A stretch of 64,000 bases of DNA from Rhodospirillales bacterium. GTDB lineage: Bacteria > Pseudomonadota > Alphaproteobacteria > ATCC43930 > CGMCC-115725. The DNA lies in contig JADGGZ010000001.1 of the NCBI GenBank assembly GCA_019689675.1, forward strand, positions 1,912 through 65,911, written 5' to 3'. This document shows, in pieces, positions 1 to 9,061 of the stretch (positions are counted from its first letter, which is position 1; every line of letters begins with the position of its first letter). The position numbers were made by a program, and so were the translations under genes. A model generated the notes under the pieces. That model searched no databases and had not been told where the DNA came from. It saw only the letters and a list, made by a program, of their open reading frames with translations.

Positions 1-286
1 GGTGAGAGGTTCCCGTTTCAGCGACCATCATCGGGTGCGACGTTTCCCCGCTTCGCGGCGTCACGTTCGAGGCGGCATCGACCCATCCGAGGGGCGATCA
101 GCCGCCAGAGCGCGTCGCGTGGGGGACGAGAGCGACGAGCTTTGCCTGCCTGCCGGTGTTGGAGGTCGCAGAAGCGGCGCCAGACTGACTTTCAGGCGAT
201 AGTCGACTTCACCCTCGTAGAATCGGTCGATAATGCTCGGAAAGCACCGCCTGTCGCAGGTGGCGCTCGGGCGGGGCGCGGGAGGC

Positions 287-1585
287 TCAGATGCCGCCGG
301 CCGCGGCTGAGCGATCGTGGCCGGTCGCGCGCTCGCCTCGAAGAAGGCGGACCGCCTCCGGTTCCAGCACCGGGACCTTGAAGGTGGCCAGGTAGTCGAG
401 TCCCGGAAGCGCGGCGGATATCTCCAGCTCCCAGAAGAATCCATTCATGCCGCCGTCCAGCGTCGTGGCGGGACGGTCGGTAGGGAGCAGGAAGCTTACC
501 GGCATCGTGAGGTTGCCGCTTCCCGCCGGCGCGTGCCCGGCGCTCAGCTGCTCCCCCTCCCAGAGCACGTCGCGGTGATAGATGGTTCGGGTGGAGGAAC
601 CGGCGCCGTCGGTGCGGCGCGTCTCCTGCCAGCGATGAATGCATCGGAGAACGAGGCGAAATCCGTCGGGGAGCACCATCGACTGCGGCACGCCGGTCTC
701 GATCTCCCCGAGCAGGCGTCTGCCCAGCGTTGCTGGCGACTCCCGGAGAAGCAGCCGGCTTTCCTTGAATTTCCGCTGCCGGAGGCTCTGCAGCACGACC
801 GAGTTGAAAAGCGCGACGGCGACGACGCCGGAGCCGGCTGCGATGAGCCAGGCGAGCCAATCGTTCGAGTAGAGAGCGCCCGCGAGCCCGGCCAAAGCGA
901 ACAGAATCCAGAGCGCGGCGGCGAGTTTGAGCATGGGGCCGCCGCGGCTCTCCTCGGCGAGGATTCGGCCCTCCGCCCAGTCCGGCCGCTGCGCCCAGCG
1001 TTCGCGCAACCACGCCGCCTTGGCGGCTTCGATTTCGGCGGCTGACGCATTCTCGTCGACATGAATGACGCTCGCCTGCCGGCGAATGCCGCGCCTTCCA
1101 TGGAGCGTTCGGATCGGGGCCTCCGCGCCGCCGACGAGCACCGCCTTCTTGCCCGGGGGCGGCGCGAACACGCGGCGGACGAGGATCCCGATCCCGATGA
1201 AGACGGACCCGAAGGCGACGACCGCAAAGCCGGCCGGGTCGTCGTAAGCCATGACGGCGCCGATGAGGGCGACAGCGGCGCCGAACGCCGTGAAGAGGAT
1301 CCCGCCGAGCCTCGGCAGGTCGAGCGTGCCGTCGGCGAAGCGACGCGCCGCGACGCGCAGCAGGACGCCGATACCGAGAAAGAGGGCGGGGCCGAAGAGA
1401 AGGCCGGGCTCCGGCTGCGTCTCGCCCGCGAGGACGAGCCCGGAGACGGCGACGAACACGAGCACGGCCAGGCCGATGGAGGCCGAGCCGGCTATGCGCG
1501 CGGGCGCGGCGAGCGCGGCCAGCTCCGGCGGTGGTGCCGCGGCGGCGCCTTCCGCGCCTCGGTCGCCGGTTCCCGTGTCGGCCAT
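287..1585 (-). CDS. multi-pass membrane protein of unknown function with soluble C-terminal domain
   Basis: 432-aa ORF with high GC3. It has two clusters of hydrophobic helices (e.g. IGLAVLVFVAVSGLVLAG, LWILFALAGLAGALY) and a ~150-aa beta-rich tail ending ...FKVPVLEPE. No family recognised by eye. Confidence 0.6.
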   Translation of the reverse strand: MADTGTGDRGAEGAAAAPPPELAALAAPARIAGSASIGLAVLVFVAVSGLVLAGETQPEPGLLFGPALFLGIGVLLRVAARRFADGTLDLPRLGGILFTAFGAAVALIGAVMAYDDPAGFAVVAFGSVFIGIGILVRRVFAPPPGKKAVLVGGAEAPIRTLHGRRGIRRQASVIHVDENASAAEIEAAKAAWLRERWAQRPDWAEGRILAEESRGGPMLKLAAALWILFALAGLAGALYSNDWLAWLIAAGSGVVAVALFNSVVLQSLRQRKFKESRLLLRESPATLGRRLLGEIETGVPQSMVLPDGFRLVLRCIHRWQETRRTDGAGSSTRTIYHRDVLWEGEQLSAGHAPAGSGNLTMPVSFLLPTDRPATTLDGGMNGFFWELEISAALPGLDYLATFKVPVLEPEAVRLLRGERATGHDRSAAAGGI

Positions 1586-1690
1586 AGCGCTGATTATGAG
1601 GGCGGCGCCGCATGCTGTGCACTCTCAAGTTTCATAGAGCCGGAACGCACGCGCGATCGTTCGGCACCGTGCGGCGTGTCACCTCGCGCC

Positions 1691-2980
1691 TCAAGCGGCG
1701 GCGGTGTAGCCCGGAAAGAGTCTCGCGCTTTCGACGTGGAAGGTCTCGGCCGGGACGCGGCCCTGTTCGTCCCGCGACAGCTCCCGCCTGATGCGCGTCA
1801 GGAAGTGCATGCGGAGCTGGCCCTTGTTCTTCACATCGACGACGCCGCGATCCTCGAAGTCGAAAAGAGACTTCACCCGGCTCATCGCCGCTTCCGAAAG
1901 ATTGATGCGGCCGGCTGCCCCCGCCGCCTCCATGCGCGCGGCGATGTTCACCGCATCGCCCCAGACGTCGTAGATGAATTTCCGCTGACCGACGACACCG
2001 GCCATCACCGGGCCGGTGTGAAGTCCGATGCGCAGCTCCCATCGCGGAAGATGCAGTTTCTCGCGCTGGCGGTTGACCCTCGCCATGTAGTCCTGCATCG
2101 CGAGCGCGGCGAGGCACGCGTCGACGGCATGCGTGCGCGAGGGCTCGGGCAGCCCGCCGGCGCACATGAAAGCGTCGCCGATCGTCTTCAGCTTTTCGAG
2201 ACGATGCCGCTCGGCGATCTCGTCGAATGCAGAGAAGAACTGGTCGAGCTGCTCGACGAGTCCCTTCGGGTCCATTCGCTCGGTCAAGCGCGTGAAGCCC
2301 TCGAAATCCGCGAACATGACGGTCGCCGATTCATAGAAGCGGGGCACGACGCGATCCTGGTCGCGGAGTTCCCTCACGATGCTGTCGGGAAGGATGTTGC
2401 GCAGAAGCCGATTGGACTTGTCGCGCTCGGCGGCGATCTCGGCGTGCATCTCTTCGAGCTGTCGCATCCGCTCGTCGAGCTTCCGCAAGCTGCGGCGGAG
2501 CTCGAGCTGGCTCACGACCTGACGCGCGAGGCGGCGAATGGCCTCGGTCTGCTCGAAGGTCAGCTCGCGGGGCTGGAAGTCCACGACGCAAAGCGTCCCC
2601 AACGCGTAGCCATCGGGGTTGATGAGAGGCATCCCGCAATAGAGGCGCAGATGCGGCTCGCCCGCGACGGTCGGGTTGTTCGCGAACCTCTCGTCCTGCG
2701 AAAGATCGGGAACGACGAGAAGGTCGTTGCCGCAGATCGTGGCGCTGCAGATCGATATCTCGCGCGGCATTCCGGTGTAATCCGGGGGAGCACCGTATTT
2801 CGACTTCTTCCAGTCGCGCGTCTCGTCGATGAAGCCGATGACCGCGACAGGGCACCCGCAGATCTGGGCCGCGAGCTCGGTGATCTCGTCGTAGGCCAGC
2901 TCCGGGCCCGTATCGAGAATGGCATAGGACCGCAGAGCGGAGAGCCTCATCGCCTCGCTTTCCGACGGCTCGACGGGCAT
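1691..2980 (-). CDS. GAF-domain class III adenylate/guanylate cyclase
   Basis: 429-aa ORF with an N-terminal GAF-like region, a coiled-coil linker and a cyclase core (VMFADFEGFT, GDAFMCAGG, GLHTGPVMAGVVG, YDVWGDAVNIAARME). Confidence 0.85.
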   Translation of the reverse strand: MPVEPSESEAMRLSALRSYAILDTGPELAYDEITELAAQICGCPVAVIGFIDETRDWKKSKYGAPPDYTGMPREISICSATICGNDLLVVPDLSQDERFANNPTVAGEPHLRLYCGMPLINPDGYALGTLCVVDFQPRELTFEQTEAIRRLARQVVSQLELRRSLRKLDERMRQLEEMHAEIAAERDKSNRLLRNILPDSIVRELRDQDRVVPRFYESATVMFADFEGFTRLTERMDPKGLVEQLDQFFSAFDEIAERHRLEKLKTIGDAFMCAGGLPEPSRTHAVDACLAALAMQDYMARVNRQREKLHLPRWELRIGLHTGPVMAGVVGQRKFIYDVWGDAVNIAARMEAAGAAGRINLSEAAMSRVKSLFDFEDRGVVDVKNKGQLRMHFLTRIRRELSRDEQGRVPAETFHVESARLFPGYTAAA

Positions 2981-3100
2981 GGTCTGTCTCCCTTCCTGGA
3001 CGGCGGAGGGCTTCAGCTCGACTGTCGGCGGCGGCTCGCGTCGTTGAAGGAGAGTAACAGACAGGCGATCCGCGCGCGACTCGCCGCGCCGCGCCGCAGC

Positions 3101-3292
3101 TCAGGCGCCGGGAGATTTCGCGCGCCGGTGCCTCTTGCGCCTTTTCCGCGCAGGCGGAGGCTTCATCGCGCCGAGCGCGGCGGCGATCATCGCGCGCTGC
3201 TGTCGCTGCATCGCCGAGACCGCCGCGCTCGTCCACCAGCCGGCGACCGTGTTGGCCCATGTCAGCATGAGGCTTCGTGGCGATCCCTTCAT
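3101..3292 (-). CDS. small hypothetical protein (63 aa)
   Basis: ATG is preceded by AAGGGAG. Third-position GC is mostly high and the tail is basic. No family recognised. Confidence 0.4.
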   Translation of the reverse strand: MKGSPRSLMLTWANTVAGWWTSAAVSAMQRQQRAMIAAALGAMKPPPARKRRKRHRRAKSPGA

Positions 3293-3353
3293 GCGCTCCC
3301 TTTCGACACCACCCTTGATGGCGAACGCTGAAGGAGCCGAACCCGCACAATTT

Positions 3354-3909
3354 CTATTTGACGCCGATCGCCATCGAGTAGGGGCCAGTGAGCGGCGCGA
3401 GCTGCAGATTGACGAAGCCGGCCTCGCGCATCCAGGCGAGACACTCGCTTCCCGTGTAGTCGAAGCCTTCCGGCGTCGCGAGCAGCATGCCGAGACTCAT
3501 GAGAAGACCCGACTCGTTCACGCGCCGCTCGTCGTCGATCATCTGATCGTAGACGATGAGCGCACCTCCCGCGGGAAGAGCCTCGTATGCCTTGCGCAAC
3601 ACCATGCGCTTCGCGTCGAGCCCCCAGTCGTGAAGGATATGACCCATCACCAGAACTTCGGCGGGCGGCAGCGGCTCTTCGAAGAAGTCGCCGGGATGGA
3701 CGCGAGCCGGCTGCCGACGGGCGCGCGTCGACGTAGCGGCGGAAAACCGGCGCCACTTCCGGAAGGTCGAATCCGCCGCCCGCGAGGTGCGGATGCGCGG
3801 CCGCAATGACAGCGGCTGCGACCGGGAGGCCGAGCCCGGCGAAGCCGTGCAGAAAGAGCTCGATCTCGGCCGGATCCGCGTACATCGCCTTGAGTCGCGA
3901 GCAGCTCAT
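3354..3909 (-). pseudogene. SAM-dependent O-methyltransferase remnant (5'-truncated, frameshifted)
   Basis: The C-terminal half (HPGDFF...VMGHILHDWGLD...GGALIVYD...) lies in the frame of ORF 3354-3806. The upstream part (AMYADPAEIELFLHGF...AAHPHLAGGGFDLPEV) lies in the frame of ORF 3289-3909. The frames switch around 3700-3725, and the N-terminal dimerisation region is absent. Confidence 0.6.
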
Positions 3910-4072
3910 CCTCGCGAGCCGGGTTCACGAGGAGGAGGTGTACGACCGCAGTATCGACGTTCAGATCCTGCGGCTCCGGCGCAAGCTCGAGCCCGACCCC
4001 GCGAACCCGCGGCTCATCAGGACCGAGCGGGGCGTCGGGTATCTCTTGGCGGCGGACGTCGAGAAGAGCTGA
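3890..4072 (+). pseudogene. OmpR/PhoB-type response regulator remnant (winged-helix C-terminus only)
   Basis: Only LSREQLI...YDRSIDVQILRLRRKLEPDPANPRLIRTERGVGYLL is present. There is no receiver domain, and the sequence upstream in frame is non-homologous. Confidence 0.65.
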
Positions 4073-4979
4073 CGAAGCCGCTGCTGCGCGGCGCCGCTTT
4101 CGCCATCTCCTCGCGCAGCCATGCGGCAAGAAGCCGTCCGTCCCGCTGCCGGAGAAGGCCCGGCCGGGCGACGAGCCAGAAAGCGGTGCTGGTCTCGACG
4201 GGCTCCTCCAGCATCGCGACCCGTCCGGAGCTGATATCGTCGGCCGAAACCGGCAGCCGCGCCAGCGCGATCCCGAGACCTCTCGCCACCGCCTCCATCG
4301 CCATATGCGCGGTGTCGAAGCGCAGGCCGCGCGCGGGATCGGGTGCCGCAATGCCCCGCCGCGCCGCCCAGGCGGCCCAGTCCTCGCGCACCGACGTGAG
4401 ATGGATCGCGGGAAGCCGCGCCAGGGCGGCCGCGACGGAAAGCCCGGCAAGCGCCGGCGGGGCGACCGGGGCGAAAAGCTCCTGCGCGAGATGCTGCCAC
4501 TCGCCAGGGCCGGTCGGCTCCCGCGCCATGCGGATCGCGAGGTCCCAGCGGCCGTCGCCGAGCTCGACCCATTCGTGTTCGGTGGTGATGGCAAGCGCGA
4601 GCGCAGGGTGGCGCTGCCGCAGGGCGGGAAGGCGCGGCAGCAGCCATCGCGCGGCGAAAGTCGGCGGCGCGCTCAGCCTCAGCCCGGCCGCCTCGCGCGC
4701 CGAGGTCAGTTTTTCGATCGTGCGTCCAATCTCGTCGAAGGCTCGGCTCGCCGCTGCCGAAAGCTCCTGACCCGAGGGCGTGAGCCTGAGGCCGCGCGGG
4801 TCGCGATGGAAGAGCGGGAACCCGAGCCGATCCTCGAGCGCGCGGACGGCATGGCTGACGGCGCTCGGCGTGACGCCGAGCTCCTCGGCGGCCGCTGTGA
4901 AGCTGCCGTGCCGCCCCGCCGCCTCGAAAAGCCTCAATGGGGTCAGCGGTGGAAGATTGTGCCTCGCCACGGGCGACAT
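4017..4979 (-). CDS. LysR-family transcriptional regulator (GcvA-like)
   Basis: HTH region LRLFEAAGRHGSFTAAAEELGVTPSAVSHAVRALEDRLGFPLF plus a LysR substrate-binding domain. Start is taken at the second Met (MSPVARH). Confidence 0.85.
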   Translation of the reverse strand: MSPVARHNLPPLTPLRLFEAAGRHGSFTAAAEELGVTPSAVSHAVRALEDRLGFPLFHRDPRGLRLTPSGQELSAAASRAFDEIGRTIEKLTSAREAAGLRLSAPPTFAARWLLPRLPALRQRHPALALAITTEHEWVELGDGRWDLAIRMAREPTGPGEWQHLAQELFAPVAPPALAGLSVAAALARLPAIHLTSVREDWAAWAARRGIAAPDPARGLRFDTAHMAMEAVARGLGIALARLPVSADDISSGRVAMLEEPVETSTAFWLVARPGLLRQRDGRLLAAWLREEMAKAAPRSSGFVSSSRRPPPRDTRRPARS

Positions 4980-5142
4980 TTTCCCATCGCCAGGTCGGCC
5001 GCAGCGCCACTGCATGGCTGATCTGCTCGCGGCGCGATCCTGAGCGCCGGACCGCGCCAGGGGGCCGGTCTTGAACCGCCTTCATGACGTTTGAGGAAGT
5101 CTCGTTTGCCGGCGCGAGCCGGTCGGGAGCAGCGTCCTCGCC

Positions 5143-5958
5143 ATGGACGGAATTGCTCGCTCGACGCCCGAAAGGGGCCTTAAAACCGCAAGCCACGGCG
5201 CGGTCGCCCTGCTGACCCTCGACCGCCCGGCGCGGCTCAACGCGCTCGACGCCGGGCTCATCGATGCTCTTCACGAGACGCTCGATGCGATCGAGATCGA
5301 TCCCGGAACGCGCGCCGTGATCCTGACCGGGGCCGGCGACAAGGCCTTTTCCGCCGGCGCCGATGTGCACGCCTTCGCCGAGGTGATCACCGGAAACGCT
5401 CCGGCCGCGATGCGCGATTTCGTGCGCCGCGGTCAGGCGCTGACCTCGCGCATCGAGAACTTCCCGAAGCCCGTCATCGTCGCGGTGAACGGCCTCGCCT
5501 ACGGCGGCGGGTGCGAGATCGTCGAGGCGGCGCCGCTCGCAATCGCCGCCGCGCACGCAACCTTCGCCAAGCCGGAAATACGTCTCGGTTTCCCGCCGCC
5601 GTTCGGCGGCACGCAGCGCCTTGCCCGCCTCATCGGGCGCAAGAGGGCGCTCGCGATGATCCTGGGCGCAGCTCCGATCGGTGCGGAAGAGGCCGTGGCC
5701 ATCGGTCTCGTCAACCGCGTCGTCCCTCGTCCGGAGCTGCTCGATGCGGCGATGGCGATGGCGCGAGAGATCATCGTCCATTCGCCGCTCGCCGTCGCGG
5801 CCGCGCTCGCCGCGGTCACGCGCGGGCTCAATCTCTCGATCGACGAGGGACTCGCCGTCGAGGCGGCGGCCTTCGCTCGAATGCAGCCGACGCGGGATCT
5901 CCGCGAAGGCATCGCCGCCTTTCGCGAAAAGCGGGCGCCGCGCTTTGCCGGAGCGTAG
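5143..5958 (+). CDS. enoyl-CoA hydratase/isomerase (crotonase) family protein
   Basis: 271 aa with crotonase motifs (LTLDRPARLNAL, ILTGAGDKAFSAGADV, VAVNGLAYGGGCE). It is divergent from the LysR gene. Confidence 0.9.
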   Translation: MDGIARSTPERGLKTASHGAVALLTLDRPARLNALDAGLIDALHETLDAIEIDPGTRAVILTGAGDKAFSAGADVHAFAEVITGNAPAAMRDFVRRGQALTSRIENFPKPVIVAVNGLAYGGGCEIVEAAPLAIAAAHATFAKPEIRLGFPPPFGGTQRLARLIGRKRALAMILGAAPIGAEEAVAIGLVNRVVPRPELLDAAMAMAREIIVHSPLAVAAALAAVTRGLNLSIDEGLAVEAAAFARMQPTRDLREGIAAFREKRAPRFAGA

Positions 5959-5961
5959 GCG

Positions 5962-6192
5962 ATGTGCATCCGGCCCGAGAATCTCCCGTGGCTGCAGCTC
6001 CTCGGGGCGCCGGCGGCGAAGGAACGAGGGGCGAGGACGCTTTCGCGCCTCGTCTCGGTCGTGCGGCTCTGGCGCGAGCGGGCGCGGGCGAGGGCGGAGC
6101 TCGCGCGCCTCACCGATCGGGAGCTCAGGGACATCGGCATTTCCCGTTGCGATGTCTACCGGGAAATCTGGAAGCCGTTCTGGCGCAAATGA
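5962..6192 (+). CDS. DUF1127-type small protein
   Basis: 76 aa with the characteristic C-terminus LARLTDRELRDIGISRCDV. It starts 3 nt after the hydratase stop. Confidence 0.7.
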   Translation: MCIRPENLPWLQLLGAPAAKERGARTLSRLVSVVRLWRERARARAELARLTDRELRDIGISRCDVYREIWKPFWRK

Positions 6193-6285
6193 AGGGTGCC
6201 ATCCCCGACCGCCCCGGCGCCGGGCGAAACGCGCGCTCGAGGCGGCGTTTCGTCCTATCCAGGCCGAGCTTCCTGAACCGGCGCG

Positions 6286-7575
6286 ATGTCGCTTGCGACG
6301 CCGCGCGGCAGCCATACGAAAGGTGCTGGAACGATGACGGATAAACGAGCAAGCACGGCGACACGGAACGGGACGATCCTCGTCATCGTATCGGCAGCGC
6401 TCGTCTTGAGCGCCGGGATGGGCGTGCGGCAGACCTTCGGGCTGTTCGTCGGCCCGTTCTCGGTCGAGGGCGGCGTGCCGGTCGCTCTCGTCGCCTTCGC
6501 GATCGGGCTTCACAATCTCGTTTGGGGCGCGGCCCAACCCTTCGCGGGCGCTGCCGCCGACCGCTTCGGCTGCGCGCCGGTCGTCGCCTTCGGCGCGGCG
6601 ACCTTCGCCGCGGGGCTCGCGCTTCCCGCCGCCATGCCATCGGGCCTCATGCTGATCGTCGGCATGGGACTGCTGGTCGGAATCGGCATCAGCTGCACCA
6701 GCTTCGCCGTCGTGCTGGCGGCGGTCGGACGGGTCGCCTCGGTCGAGACTCGCAGCATGGCGCTCGGCCTCGCGAGCGCCGGCGGATCGTTGGGCCAGGT
6801 GCTGATGCTGCCCGTCGCGCAAGGGACGATGGAGATGTCGGGCCTTTCCGCTTCTCTCCTCGTCCTCGCCGTCCTGATGCTCGCCGCGGCGCCGCTCGGG
6901 ATCGCGCTCGACCGCCGGGGGCCCGGCGCGGCTCCAGCGGCGGATGCTTCGGCGCCTCCGTTGCGCGAGGCGCTCGCCGAGGCGGGGCGGCATCGCGGCT
7001 ATCGTCTTCTGACGCTCGGCTTCTTCACTTGCGGGTTTCAGCTCGCTTTCATCGCCACCCATCTGCCGGGGTATCTCTACGTCTGTCAGATGCCCGCGAG
7101 CCTCGCGGCGACGGCTCTCGCCGTCATCGGGTTCTTCAACATGGTCGGAACCTGGGCGTGCGGGTGGCTCGGCGGCCGCTTTCGCCAGCAGAACGTCCTC
7201 GGCTGGCTCTATCTCATGCGTGGCGCTGCGATCGCCGCCTTCTTCCTTCTGCCGAAAACCGACGCCTCGGTCTTCGTCTTCGCGGCCGTGATGGGGCTCA
7301 CCTGGCTCGGCACCGTGCCCTTGACGAGCGGGCTCGTGGCCAAGCTCTTCGGGACGCGCCATCTCGGGACGCTTTTCGGCGTCTGCTTCCTCAGCCACCA
7401 GATCGGCTCGTTCCTGGGCGCCTGGCTCGGCGGCTTCGTCTTCGACGCGACCGGTTCCTATTCCCTCGTCTGGGCGACGACGGCCGCGGCCGGGCTCGCC
7501 GCGGCGATGCTGCATTTCCCGATCGACGACCGTGCCGTGAAGGGGCCGGCGTCCTCCGGCCTCGCGCGCGCGTGA
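6286..7575 (+). CDS. MFS transporter
   Basis: 429-aa ORF with about 12 hydrophobic helices. An alternative start is at 6334 (MTDKRAS). Confidence 0.85.
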   Translation: MSLATPRGSHTKGAGTMTDKRASTATRNGTILVIVSAALVLSAGMGVRQTFGLFVGPFSVEGGVPVALVAFAIGLHNLVWGAAQPFAGAAADRFGCAPVVAFGAATFAAGLALPAAMPSGLMLIVGMGLLVGIGISCTSFAVVLAAVGRVASVETRSMALGLASAGGSLGQVLMLPVAQGTMEMSGLSASLLVLAVLMLAAAPLGIALDRRGPGAAPAADASAPPLREALAEAGRHRGYRLLTLGFFTCGFQLAFIATHLPGYLYVCQMPASLAATALAVIGFFNMVGTWACGWLGGRFRQQNVLGWLYLMRGAAIAAFFLLPKTDASVFVFAAVMGLTWLGTVPLTSGLVAKLFGTRHLGTLFGVCFLSHQIGSFLGAWLGGFVFDATGSYSLVWATTAAAGLAAAMLHFPIDDRAVKGPASSGLARA

Positions 7576-7591
7576 AAGTGCGGCGCCGGCG

Positions 7592-8413
7592 CTACTGTGC
7601 CGGCTTGCCGGTCAGTTCCGCCTCCTCGGCCGCCTCGCGCTCGGCGCGGCGCTTCTCGACAAGCCTGCACGACCAGATCGAGAGCTCGTAGAGCGTAAGC
7701 ATCGGGAGCGCGAGGCTGACCTGGCTGATGACGTCCGGGGGCGTGACGATCGCGGCGAAGATGAACATGCCGACGATCGCGTAGCGCCGCTTCTCGGCGA
7801 GCCCCTGCGACGAGACGAGCCCGACACGCGCCATCAGCGTCAGCAGTACCGGCAGCTGGAAGGCCAGGCCAAAGGCGAACATCAGGGTCATCACGAGGCT
7901 GAGATACTCGTTGACCTTGGCCTCGAGCTGGATCGGAAGCTGGCCGGGCGCGCCGGGCGGCGTTTCGAAGGAAAGAAAGAAGCGCCAGGCGAGCGGCAGC
8001 ACGATGTAGTAGACGAGCGCCCCGCCCAGCACGAACAGCACCGGCGTCGCGAACAGGTAGGGCAGGAACGCCCTGCGCTCGTTCTTGTAGAGACCCGGCG
8101 CGACGAACATCCAGATCTGACTCAAGACGATCGGGAACGCGACCGAGAACCCCGCCCAGAACGCGACCTTGAGGTAGGTGAAGAACGCCTCGGTGAGATC
8201 GGTGAAGATCATGCGCCGATCGCCGCCGCGCTCGGCGAGAGCGTCGGCAAGCGGCCGGGTCAGGAAGGCGTAGATATCGTCGGCGAAGTAGTACGCGACC
8301 GCGAAGCCGATCACGATCGCCACGACCGAATAGAGAAGGCGGTTGCGCAGCTCGACCAGATGGTCGATCAGCGGCATCCGGCCTTCTTCGAGATCTTCCT
8401 CGTTGGGCTCCAT
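7592..8413 (-). CDS. tatC: twin-arginine translocase subunit TatC
   Basis: 273 aa with PLIDHLVELRNRLLYS and a six-TM TatC pattern. Confidence 0.95.
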   Translation of the reverse strand: MEPNEEDLEEGRMPLIDHLVELRNRLLYSVVAIVIGFAVAYYFADDIYAFLTRPLADALAERGGDRRMIFTDLTEAFFTYLKVAFWAGFSVAFPIVLSQIWMFVAPGLYKNERRAFLPYLFATPVLFVLGGALVYYIVLPLAWRFFLSFETPPGAPGQLPIQLEAKVNEYLSLVMTLMFAFGLAFQLPVLLTLMARVGLVSSQGLAEKRRYAIVGMFIFAAIVTPPDVISQVSLALPMLTLYELSIWSCRLVEKRRAEREAAEEAELTGKPAQ

Positions 8414-8435
8414 GGGTGCCGAAAAGGTCCCGGGA

Positions 8436-8873
8436 TCAGAGGTTCGCGGCCTTGGGCGGCGGAAGCGCCGCGTCGCCTTCGGACGAGTCCTTCGGCGCCA
8501 CCGTCTCTTCGGCGGCCGGCGACTCCCCGGCAGGGGCTGGCGGCTCGAGCGCTTTCGGCTTCCCGGGCGCGTCGAGGTCGAGCTCGGGCGGCCGCAGCGC
8601 CTCGGCGAGCGAGCCGGTCGGGTCCACCGTCTTCTCGAATTCCTTCTCGATGTCGATTTCGGTCGCCTTCTTGACCTGCGCGCGCACCTCCTCGAGCTCG
8701 GCCTCGCGGACCATCTCGTCGAGGCTGGCTCGGAACTCGCCCGAGATCTGTCGTGCCTTGCGCAGCAGCATCCCGGCCGTTTTCAACGCCTTCGGCAGGT
8801 CCTTGGGGCCGATCACGATGAGGGCGACGACACCGATCACCAGAAGCTCGGACCACCCGATGTCGAACATCAT
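8436..8873 (-). CDS. tatB: twin-arginine translocase subunit TatB
   Basis: MFDIGWSELLVIGVVALIVIGPKDLPKALKTAG followed by an amphipathic helix and an acidic/Pro-rich tail. It lies directly upstream of tatC. Confidence 0.85.
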   Translation of the reverse strand: MMFDIGWSELLVIGVVALIVIGPKDLPKALKTAGMLLRKARQISGEFRASLDEMVREAELEEVRAQVKKATEIDIEKEFEKTVDPTGSLAEALRPPELDLDAPGKPKALEPPAPAGESPAAEETVAPKDSSEGDAALPPPKAANL

Positions 8874-9061
8874 CCCCTACGCGAAACGCCGCCCCAGCGA
8901 GGGGCGCGCGGATATTGGCAGAAAGGGAATAATGCCGCAACGCAGGGCGCCCCGGGCGCGTCGCCTCCGCGGAGGGGCATGAAGCCCCTCTCTTTCTCGC
9001 CGGACGCGAGGTCTTGATCGACCGTGATCGCGCAGCCGCGCGCGGAGCCTTCCCCTCGACT

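Noticed and set aside
1-286. Possible gene fragment at the left edge (ORFs 2-202, 61-444, 142-381)
   Set aside because: None of the six frames gives a convincing protein-like translation or a start context, so I left the region unannotated.
3961-7515. 1184-aa minus-strand ORF spanning the LysR, hydratase, DUF1127 and MFS genes
   Set aside because: The translation is Arg/Gly/Pro/Ala-rich low complexity. It runs antisense or out of frame across four genes with clear family signatures. This is the typical stop-codon-poor shadow ORF of ~70 % GC DNA.
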